In this document: positions 55,207 to 63,194 of the stretch, in pieces
How positions within the stretch are numbered: position 1 is the first letter of the stretch
How the letters are laid out: every line of letters starts with the position of its first letter
IMG/VR virus record: IMGVR_UViG_3300028194_000318
Span: 1 to 63,194 of that record
Source: a virus
Taxonomy: Duplodnaviria; Caudoviricetes
Length of the DNA: 63,194 nucleotides
Reading direction: 5' to 3' (one strand)
The notes under the pieces: generated by a model
Seen by the model: only the letters and a program-made list of their open reading frames with translations
What the model was told of the DNA's origin: nothing
Databases searched by the model: none
Position numbers and translations under genes: made by a program

Positions 55207-57385
55207 AATTATTCCTATATATGATGGTAAATGGGGTACAAAAGAATTTCAAACTGATGCTGATTTTCAAGAATATCTAGAGCTTATTTTTAAAGAACCT
55301 GGTGAGTATAATTTTACCAAGATGGCTTTAAAATTTAATGAGCAAGCTAGAATATTTAATGATCAGGGTAATTATTGTAGTGCACCTTTTAGATCTAAAG
55401 ATTTTAATGCATATTGGAATGATCAAAAAAATAAATGTAGAACAGGTGTAATCTACAAAGATGGCAATAAAGAATGGTACCTAACTAGGGACTATTATAT
55501 GTGGCTTAATTTCCTTCCTATTTTTGATAAAGAAGAAAAGCGTTATGGTTTTGCAAAAGTAAGAGATGCTCAATATCACATGGCATTATATGAAATCATT
55601 GCAGAACTAAATAATCAACATGTTGCTATACTTAAAAAAAGACAGATAGCTTCATCATATTTTCATATGGGTAAAATTATAAACCAATACTGGTTTGAAG
55701 AAGGATCTATATGCAAAGTAGGAGCATCACTTAAAGATTATATAAATGATAAAGGTTCATGGAAATTTCTTGAAGAATATAAAACTTTTTTAAATGAGCA
55801 TACTGCATGGTATAGGCCAAGTAATCCAGAAAAGGTATTATTATGGCAACAACAGATTGAAGTAAAAATAAACAATAGAAAAACATCCAGAGGGCTCAAA
55901 TCTAAAATACAAGGTGCTTCTTTTGAAAAGAATGCTACTACAGGGGTAGGGGGTCCATGTACTTACTTCTTTCATGAGGAAGCAGGTATTGCAAAAAACA
56001 TGATGCAGACATATGAGTATCTGCGTCCTGCTATGTCTTCAGGTATGATGACAACTGGACAATTTATAGCAGCAGGATCTGTAGGTGATTTAGAACAGTG
56101 TAATCCTTTAAAGGATATGATACTGAATCCTGGTGCTAATGATATATATGCAGTAGAAACTAATCTAATGGATGCTGATGGTACTATTGGTATGGCAGGG
56201 TTGTTTATACCTGAACAGTGGTCTATGCCACCTTATATTGATGATTATGGTAATTCTCAAATAGAGGAAGCTATCAAAGCAATTAAGATGGAAAGAGAAA
56301 GATGGAAGAATGAATTAAATGGTGAACAATTCCAATTAAGAATATCTCAAAAGCCATTAAATATTGCAGAGGCATTTGCTTATAGAAAAGAATCAATTTT
56401 TCCACAAGGTATATTAAGTAAACAAATAAAAAAAATAGAAGAAAAAGAATATCCATATGAATTAATAAAACTAGATAGAGATGAGACAGGTGTTATTGCA
56501 TCTAGAACAAGCAAACTACCTATATCTCAATTTCCTGTTAACAAAAAACAAACTGATAAAACAGGTACTATTGTAGTTTGGGAAAGACCAGCAAAAAAGA
56601 AACCTGATTTTGGAGCATACTATGCTTCTATTGACCCTGTGTCAGAAGGTAAGACAACTACATCAGATTCATTGTGTAGTATTTTTGTTTATAAAAATGC
56701 AATAGAAGTAACAAGAACTTTATCAGGCGGTGATGTAGAACAATTTATAGAAAAAGATAAAATAGTAGCTGCTTGGTGTGGTAGATTTGATGACATTAAT
56801 AGAACACATGAAAGATTAGAATTAATAATTGAATGGTATAATGCTTGGACTATTGTTGAGAATAATATATCCTTGTTTATACAACATATGATTGCTAGAA
56901 AAAAACAAAGATACTTAGTTCCTAAACAACAAATATTGTTTCTAAAAGATCTAGGATCTAACAAAACAGTGTATCAAGAATATGGTTGGAAAAATACTGG
57001 AACTTTATTTAAGAGTCATTTAATTTCATATGCAATTGAGTTTTTAAGAGAGGTGATTGATGAGGAAACAGATACTGAAGGTAATGTAATGAGACAAACA
57101 TTAGGTATAGAAAGAATACCTGATCCAATGTTATTAAAAGAAATGCAAGCTTACCACCCTGGTTTAAACGTGGATAGAATGGTAGCATTTGGTGCATTAA
57201 TTGCATTTGTTAAAATACAACAATCTAACAGAGGATATTCCAAAAGACGTGAATCAGAGGACAATTCCTTGGTAAATTCAGAAAAAATAAGTAAATTAAA
57301 GTATAGCCCATTTAAGAATCTTGGGCGTAGTAAAAGAGATAATAATTCTAGAATAAGAAGATCTGGCTTTAAAAATTATAAATAG
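55196..57385 (+). CDS. terL: Terminase large subunit
   Basis: LKKRQIASS, FHEEAG, IDPV, ENN, DRMVA. Adjacent to the portal gene. Confidence 0.9.
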   Translation: MMSRIIPIYDGKWGTKEFQTDADFQEYLELIFKEPGEYNFTKMALKFNEQARIFNDQGNYCSAPFRSKDFNAYWNDQKNKCRTGVIYKDGNKEWYLTRDYYMWLNFLPIFDKEEKRYGFAKVRDAQYHMALYEIIAELNNQHVAILKKRQIASSYFHMGKIINQYWFEEGSICKVGASLKDYINDKGSWKFLEEYKTFLNEHTAWYRPSNPEKVLLWQQQIEVKINNRKTSRGLKSKIQGASFEKNATTGVGGPCTYFFHEEAGIAKNMMQTYEYLRPAMSSGMMTTGQFIAAGSVGDLEQCNPLKDMILNPGANDIYAVETNLMDADGTIGMAGLFIPEQWSMPPYIDDYGNSQIEEAIKAIKMERERWKNELNGEQFQLRISQKPLNIAEAFAYRKESIFPQGILSKQIKKIEEKEYPYELIKLDRDETGVIASRTSKLPISQFPVNKKQTDKTGTIVVWERPAKKKPDFGAYYASIDPVSEGKTTTSDSLCSIFVYKNAIEVTRTLSGGDVEQFIEKDKIVAAWCGRFDDINRTHERLELIIEWYNAWTIVENNISLFIQHMIARKKQRYLVPKQQILFLKDLGSNKTVYQEYGWKNTGTLFKSHLISYAIEFLREVIDEETDTEGNVMRQTLGIERIPDPMLLKEMQAYHPGLNVDRMVAFGALIAFVKIQQSNRGYSKRRESEDNSLVNSEKISKLKYSPFKNLGRSKRDNNSRIRRSGFKNYK

Positions 57386-60136
57386 ATGAGAGTATTAAAT
57401 GCAATGCAACTTAAGAATGGTGCCAAAGCTGAAGCTGGACCAACGTTTTCTAGTTTAACGCAGCCAGTTCAATTTTTACCATATAAAAAGAAAGATGATG
57501 ATTGGGCAGCTTGGAACTTAGATTGGTTAGAACTTCAAGGTATAGAATTTTTACGTATAAATTCTAGAAGGTTATTAAAGAATTATAAATTAGCAAAAGG
57601 TGTAATTGATAAATCAGATTACATTGTTGAGCCAGATAATGAATACAAAGATTTAATGGACACTCTTACAAAAGAGAATGATTCTGCATTAGAATTAAAA
57701 TTTTATCCAATTGTTCCTAATGTAATCAATGTATTAACTGGTGAATTTGCAAAGAGATATTCCAAAGTACAATTTAGAGCAGTAGATGATGCATCCTATA
57801 ATGAGATGCTAGAACAAAAAAGAATGCAAATAGAAGAAGCTCTATTATCAGATGCTGAAGCTAACCTTGTACGTAGAATGGTTGATATGGGTATGGACCC
57901 TGCTTCTGAAGAAGCACAACAGCAAATGTCTCCTGAAGCTATTAAATCATTACCAGAAATTGAAGACTTCTTTAGTAAGTCATACAGGAGTATGGTTGAA
58001 GAATGGGCATCCCACCAACTTGCAGTAGATGATGAAAGATTTAAAATGCAAGAACTTGAAGAAAGAGGCTTTAGAGATATGCTTATTGCAGATAGAGAGT
58101 TTTGGCATTTCCGTATGTTAGAAGATGACTATGATGTTGAGCTATGGAATCCTGTATTAACATTTTATCAGAAGTCCCCAGATCAAAGATATATTGCAGA
58201 TTCAAATTATGCAGGTAAAGTTGATCTAATGACTGTATCAGATGCAATTGATAGATATGGTTATTTAATGGATGAAAAACAACTAAAGTCATTACAAAGA
58301 ATTTATCCAGCTAGATCAGCACAATATCAAGTAAATGGATACCAAAATGATGGGGCATATTATGATGCAACAAGATCACATGAATGGAATACTAATTCAC
58401 CAGGTTTAGCATACAGACAATTTACAAGTAACTATTGGAATGATCCAGCAAATGGTGGTGATATACTAAGTGAGATACTTGATGAGAATGAAGATGTATC
58501 ATCTTGGGGTGAAGGAAACCTATTAAGAGTTGCAACAATATATTGGAAGACTCAAAGAAAAGTAGGACATTTAACAAAGATAGAAGATGATGGAGAAGTA
58601 ACTCAAGAAATAGTTGATGAAACATTTAAGATTACTAAGAAAGCAATTTTTGATACGTCAATTTTCAAGAACAAAAGCAAAGAAAATTTATTGCAGGGTG
58701 AACACATAGAATGGATATGGATTAATGAAGTTTGGGGTGGAGTTAAGATAGGTCCAAATTTACCTGCTATGTGGAGATCTACTATGGGTGATAATATAAA
58801 CCCTATTTATTTAGGTATTAACAGAACTAAACCTGGTAGATTGCCTTTTCAATTTAAAGGAAACAATACACTTTATGGATGTAAACTTCCTGTAGAAGGA
58901 AGAGTATTTTCAGATAGAAACACTAGATCTACATCATTAGTTGATCTAATGAAAGCATACCAAGTTGGATACAATATGGTTAATAACCAGATTGCAGACA
59001 TTCTAATAGATGAATTAGGAACAGTAATCATGTTTGATCAAAATGCTTTACCACGTCATTCCATGGGGGAAGATTGGGGTAAAAATAATTATTCAAAAGC
59101 ATGGGTGGCAATGAAAGATTTTCAAATGTTACCATTAGATACTTCAATTACTAATACTGAGAATGCTACCAACTTCAACCATTATCAGACTCTGAACATG
59201 GAACAGACTAGTAGGTTGATGTCAAGAATACAATTAGCTAATTACTTTAAACAACAATGTTTTGATGCTATAGGTATTAACCCACAACGTCTAGGAGGAG
59301 CTGTATCAGCTCAAACAGCTACTGGAGTAGTTCAGGCTATGCAACAATCATACGCTCAAACAGAGATGTATTTTGTACAGCATTCAGATCATCTAATGCC
59401 AAGAGTGCATCAAATGAGAACTGACTTAGCTCAATACTATTATAGTACTAATCCAAGTGTTAGATTATCTTATATCTCTACAGAAGCTGAGAAGGTCAAT
59501 TTTCAGATAAATGGAACTGATTTATTACTAAGAGATTTTAATGTATTTGCAACTACTAAAACTAATCATAGAGCTATATTAGAAAATCTTAAACAAATGG
59601 CTCTTACTAATAATACTACTGGAGCAAGTATCTATGAATTAGGTAATATTGTTAAAGCTGACTCAATTGCAGAAGTATCAGATATACTAAAAGATTCTGA
59701 AACTAGAGTGCAAAAGCAAAGAGAGCAAGATATGCAACAGCAACGTCAGATGCAGGAACAACAATTAAAAGCTAAGGCTCAAGAAGATCAGCAAAAACTT
59801 CAAGTTGAAATGGCTGAAAATGAAAAAGACAGACAGAATGATATTACATTAGCAGAAATTAGATCAGCAGGATATGGTTCTATGGTTGATATTAATCAAA
59901 ACCAACAATCTGATTTTCAAGATGCTATGAAAGATATTAGAGAAACTACACAGTACCGTGAACAAATGAATTTAAAGCGTGAAGAGAATGCTTCTAAATC
60001 ATCTATGGAGAATAGTAGATTATCTGTTGAAAGGGAAAAAATAGCTGCTGACAAACAAATTGCTAACACTAAACTACAAATAGCAAGGGAGAACAAAAAC
60101 AAGTATGATTCACCAAAAAAGAAAGATAAAAAGTAA
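57386..60136 (+). CDS. Portal protein
   Basis: YPIVPNVINVLTGE, GINPQRLG and a Q-rich C-terminal coil. Follows the terL-portal-scaffold-MCP order. Confidence 0.9.
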   Translation: MRVLNAMQLKNGAKAEAGPTFSSLTQPVQFLPYKKKDDDWAAWNLDWLELQGIEFLRINSRRLLKNYKLAKGVIDKSDYIVEPDNEYKDLMDTLTKENDSALELKFYPIVPNVINVLTGEFAKRYSKVQFRAVDDASYNEMLEQKRMQIEEALLSDAEANLVRRMVDMGMDPASEEAQQQMSPEAIKSLPEIEDFFSKSYRSMVEEWASHQLAVDDERFKMQELEERGFRDMLIADREFWHFRMLEDDYDVELWNPVLTFYQKSPDQRYIADSNYAGKVDLMTVSDAIDRYGYLMDEKQLKSLQRIYPARSAQYQVNGYQNDGAYYDATRSHEWNTNSPGLAYRQFTSNYWNDPANGGDILSEILDENEDVSSWGEGNLLRVATIYWKTQRKVGHLTKIEDDGEVTQEIVDETFKITKKAIFDTSIFKNKSKENLLQGEHIEWIWINEVWGGVKIGPNLPAMWRSTMGDNINPIYLGINRTKPGRLPFQFKGNNTLYGCKLPVEGRVFSDRNTRSTSLVDLMKAYQVGYNMVNNQIADILIDELGTVIMFDQNALPRHSMGEDWGKNNYSKAWVAMKDFQMLPLDTSITNTENATNFNHYQTLNMEQTSRLMSRIQLANYFKQQCFDAIGINPQRLGGAVSAQTATGVVQAMQQSYAQTEMYFVQHSDHLMPRVHQMRTDLAQYYYSTNPSVRLSYISTEAEKVNFQINGTDLLLRDFNVFATTKTNHRAILENLKQMALTNNTTGASIYELGNIVKADSIAEVSDILKDSETRVQKQREQDMQQQRQMQEQQLKAKAQEDQQKLQVEMAENEKDRQNDITLAEIRSAGYGSMVDINQNQQSDFQDAMKDIRETTQYREQMNLKREENASKSSMENSRLSVEREKIAADKQIANTKLQIARENKNKYDSPKKKDKK

Positions 60137-60137
60137 G

Positions 60138-60166
60138 CGTTAGCTATATACTGCAATTTATTTTCA
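60138..60166 (+). repeat. Conserved element CGTTAGCTATAT-N-TGC-N2-TTTATTTTCA
   Basis: Matches 45906-45935 on the minus strand. Confidence 0.7.
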
Positions 60167-60219
60167 TTTTTCTAAAAATTTTTTAAGTTTAACATACCAA
60201 TATATTATAAAAGATTTCT

Positions 60220-60234
60220 TATATTATATATGTA
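60220..60234 (+). promoter_or_regulatory. Putative late promoter motif
   Basis: TATATTATATATGTA upstream of the scaffold-MCP operon. Confidence 0.5.
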
Positions 60235-60265
60235 AGAAGTATTAATATTAAAACCAACAAATATT

Positions 60266-61567
60266 ATGAGTGCAACGCAAACACAAACTGTGAATAGTAA
60301 AGTAGAACAAGTAGATGTAAATTTAGATGAAATATTCAATGCTGCTCCAAGCGGTGCTGATATGATTCAAGATACTAAGGCTAAACCTAAAAGTATTTTT
60401 TCAAGAGGGGAAAAAGCTGATATGTCTTTTGCAGACCCAGATGTCAGTGATGTAGATGATTTAGATGCTAAAGTAGAAGAAACCAAAGTAGATGAAACTA
60501 CTGAAGAAACTACTGAAGAAGTAAAAGCTGAATCTAAACCAGAAGTAGCTGAGGATATACTAGATTCTCTAGACAATGTAGAAGAAGAAGAAGTTGAAAC
60601 TAAAAAAGAAGAAAAGAGAGGTAGAAAATCTATCAGTGGTATTTCAGATGTATTTGGAAAACTAATTAAAGATGATAAGATTGTTCCTTTTGATGATGAT
60701 AAAGCTTTAGAGGAATATAGTGCTAAAGATTGGGAAGAACTTATTGAAGCTAACTTAGAAGAAAAAGCTAATCAAGTAAGACGTGAAACACCAAAGCAAT
60801 TTTTTCAGAGCTTACCACAAGAATTACAAATAGCTGCAAAATATGTAGCAGATGGTGGTAAAGATTTAAAAGGTTTATTTTCTACATTATCACAAGTAGA
60901 GCAGCATAAAGAGTTAAACATTAAAAAAGCAGGTGATCAAGAAAAAATTATCACTGAGTATTTAAGTGCAACAGGATATGGTACTGCTGAAGATATACAA
61001 GAAGAAATTGAAATTTGGAAAGACTTAGGCAAACTTGAATCACAAGCTTCTAAGTTTAAACCTAAATTGGATAAGATGCAAGAAAAAGTTGTTGCAAGAA
61101 AATTGCAAGAGCAAGAGCTTAAAAAGAAACAACAAGAAAATGCATCACAAGCGTACATGAAGAATGTATATGAAACATTAAAAGAAGGTAAATTGGGAGA
61201 TATTAAAGTTGACAGAAAAACTCAGGCCATGTTATATAATGGTTTAGTTCAGCCTAATTACCCATCAGTAAGTGGAACTAATACTAATCTATTAGGACAC
61301 CTACTAGAAAAATATCAATTTGTGGAACCTAATTATGGATTAATCTCTGAGGCTCTGTGGCTATTACAAGACCCAGTAGCTTACAAAGCAAAGATAATGG
61401 ATAAGGGTGCACAAAAGAGTGTTGAGAAGACGGTCAGAAAATTGAAGAGTGAGCAAACTAATGCAGGCGGTGCTTCATTAGGTGTGCAAGCAAGAGATGA
61501 AGAAAGTAAAAAAACTTCATCTAAAAGAAAGATTCAAAGACCTACCAACATATTTAAAAGAATTTAA
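60266..61567 (+). CDS. Acidic scaffold-like head protein
   Basis: E/D-rich N-half and coiled coil, located between portal and MCP. Confidence 0.7.
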   Translation: MSATQTQTVNSKVEQVDVNLDEIFNAAPSGADMIQDTKAKPKSIFSRGEKADMSFADPDVSDVDDLDAKVEETKVDETTEETTEEVKAESKPEVAEDILDSLDNVEEEEVETKKEEKRGRKSISGISDVFGKLIKDDKIVPFDDDKALEEYSAKDWEELIEANLEEKANQVRRETPKQFFQSLPQELQIAAKYVADGGKDLKGLFSTLSQVEQHKELNIKKAGDQEKIITEYLSATGYGTAEDIQEEIEIWKDLGKLESQASKFKPKLDKMQEKVVARKLQEQELKKKQQENASQAYMKNVYETLKEGKLGDIKVDRKTQAMLYNGLVQPNYPSVSGTNTNLLGHLLEKYQFVEPNYGLISEALWLLQDPVAYKAKIMDKGAQKSVEKTVRKLKSEQTNAGGASLGVQARDEESKKTSSKRKIQRPTNIFKRI

Positions 61568-61629
61568 TCAAGTATGTATTAAATATTAACAGAGTAAAAT
61601 TAATTATTAACTAAAAACAATCAAAAATT

Positions 61630-63194
61630 ATGGCAACTCCAGTTTTAAATAATGGGATTTTCCTACGTGATACAAGCTATAAAGCAAGTTCACATGTTGA
61701 TTCTTATCACCTAACCCAAATGCTTGGTAACCCTGAGCCTATGGATATGGGACCAATTGATTTATGGGCTATGACCCAAAAGGTAGAAATGCCTTTATAT
61801 CAAATGGCTTCTTTTGGTGGAAAGAATACAATCATGGTGGATAATGCTAGAGGTGAGTACAAGTGGCAAACTCCTATTGCACAAGATCTTCCGTACATTG
61901 TTGCGGATATTGAACCAGCTAATGCTAGTAAAGGTACAGATGGTACATTATTTAAGATCAAAATTAACAAAAGAACTTTTGGACATGGTGACATTATTAC
62001 TTATGATAAGTATAATGGACTAGAACTTTACATCACAGCAGATGATATTATCCCTGCAGGTGACGGTTTTGTTTACACTGTTCAATTAGTGAACAACAAC
62101 AACACGGCTTTCTTGGATAACAAGTATTTAGCTAAAGGTACTAAATTCTTCAGAAAAGGTTCTGCAAGAGGAGAGTACGGAGAAAGATTCTCAGACATTG
62201 AAACTGGTTCTGGTTTCCGTGAATTCTACAATTTTGTAGGAGGAGCAGAAGCACATGTACACTATTCAATTTCTTCAAGAGCAGATTTAATGATCAAAGG
62301 TGGATTAAACGCTGATGGTACTGTACCTGTTACTGAAATCTGGAGAAACTTCAACACAGATCCAAACAATCCATCAGTACCTAGTATTGAAGGACTTGTA
62401 GCTAACATGGGTAAAGCAGGAGCAAGAGAAGCATTTGAAAATGGAACTCTTACAAGAACTTTCATTACAAATATGGAAGCAGCTCACTTATCTAAAATAG
62501 CAACGGATATTGAAACTTACCTAATGTGGGGTAAAGGTGGTAGAATTAAGCAAGATGGACCGGATGATATTAGATTATCTGTAGGTTTATGGGCACAGTT
62601 AGATAACTCTTTCAAAAGAGTATATAACAAGTCTTCATTTACTCTTGACATGTTTAAGTCTGAACTTTATAACTTCTATCAAGGTAAAGTTGAATTTAAA
62701 GGGCCAGACCCACAAAGATCACTTGTTGTACAAACAGGTATTGGAGGTATGCAACTAATCAACAAAGCAATTGCTGATGAAGTGTATGGTTCAGGTCTAG
62801 TACAAAATGCATCAGATATTGGAGCTGTTAAAGGTTCTGGTATGGATTTAGATTATGGTTTTGCTTACACAAGCTTTACTATTCCTTTCTTAGCTAACGT
62901 TAAGTTTGTATTAAATCCAGCATTTGATAACTTAAATACTAATGACATTGAGAATCCATTAATTGATGGAAGACCTCTAAGTTCATTTAGCTTTATTATC
63001 TTTGATGTAACAGATGAAGGAAATGACAACATTCACTTGTTGAAACTTTCTTGGGATAATCAACTTAAGTGGTTCTACCAAAATGGTACTATGGACTACA
63101 TGGGAAGAACTCAAGGTTTTGCTTCTACTGGACAATTCAATGGATATAGAGTTTATATGACTCAGACCATGCCAGCTATTTGGGTTAAGGATCC
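61630..63194 (+). CDS. Major capsid protein (crAss-like), 3'-truncated and absent from the ORF track
   Basis: Open frame MATPVLNNGIFLRDTSYKASSHVDSYHL...LSVGLWAQL...PAIWVKDP to the window end, more than 520 aa. Canonical position. Confidence 0.9.
   Translation, partial: MATPVLNNGIFLRDTSYKASSHVDSYHLTQMLGNPEPMDMGPIDLWAMTQKVEMPLYQMASFGGKNTIMVDNARGEYKWQTPIAQDLPYIVADIEPANASKGTDGTLFKIKINKRTFGHGDIITYDKYNGLELYITADDIIPAGDGFVYTVQLVNNNNTAFLDNKYLAKGTKFFRKGSARGEYGERFSDIETGSGFREFYNFVGGAEAHVHYSISSRADLMIKGGLNADGTVPVTEIWRNFNTDPNNPSVPSIEGLVANMGKAGAREAFENGTLTRTFITNMEAAHLSKIATDIETYLMWGKGGRIKQDGPDDIRLSVGLWAQLDNSFKRVYNKSSFTLDMFKSELYNFYQGKVEFKGPDPQRSLVVQTGIGGMQLINKAIADEVYGSGLVQNASDIGAVKGSGMDLDYGFAYTSFTIPFLANVKFVLNPAFDNLNTNDIENPLIDGRPLSSFSFIIFDVTDEGNDNIHLLKLSWDNQLKWFYQNGTMDYMGRTQGFASTGQFNGYRVYMTQTMPAIWVKD

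Noticed and set aside
61800-62465. Short ORFs listed at 61800-62465
   Set aside because: They overlap the major capsid gene (61630 to window end), which the track omitted because it has no stop in the window.
1-63194. Stop-codon reassignment (TAG/TGA), common in some crAss-like phages
   Set aside because: Late and replication genes are full-length under code 11, TAG and TGA serve as real stops, and no suppressor tRNA was seen.
1-63194. CRISPR array, integrase, IS element, diversity-generating retroelement, introns or inteins
   Set aside because: No spaced identical repeats, recombinase, transposase or reverse transcriptase motifs. polB, terL, nrdAB and MCP appear uninterrupted.

Overview
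The window is about 63 kb of an AT-rich lytic phage genome of the crAss-like type (Crassvirales). The host is inferred to be a Bacteroidota, probably a marine Flavobacteriia, from TAnnTTTG promoters, a flavobacterial-type class Id RNR and a Bacteroidetes-style lipoprotein. Layout: (1) 1-8.8 kb (+): end of the giant virion cargo genes, then an envelope trio of beta-barrel, membrane coiled-coil and thioredoxin-fold proteins. (2) 8.8-11.7 kb (-): nrdAB. (3) 11.8-23.7 kb (+): late accessory cluster of tiny basic proteins, holin, a 27-aa CDGSH micro-protein and large fibre/adhesin proteins. (4) 23.7-48.5 kb (-): replication and early block with PolB, MoxR-vWA module, primase, DnaB, UDG, SF2 helicase, tRNA-Arg and hairpin-rich early intergenic DNA. 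(5) 48.7-63.2 kb (+): second basic-protein cluster, endolysin, IHF-like protein, GroES, terminase, portal, scaffold-like protein and the major capsid gene running off the window. The standard genetic code is used. The best candidates for undescribed biology are a MoxR/vWA-protease operon flanked by three paralogous BRCT-like/helical-motif proteins, a phage outer-membrane barrel trio, four proteins sharing one N-terminal anchor domain, an unannotated CDGSH Fe-S micro-peptide, and xxGG-motif basic proteins. All family assignments come from motifs read by eye; no searches were run.
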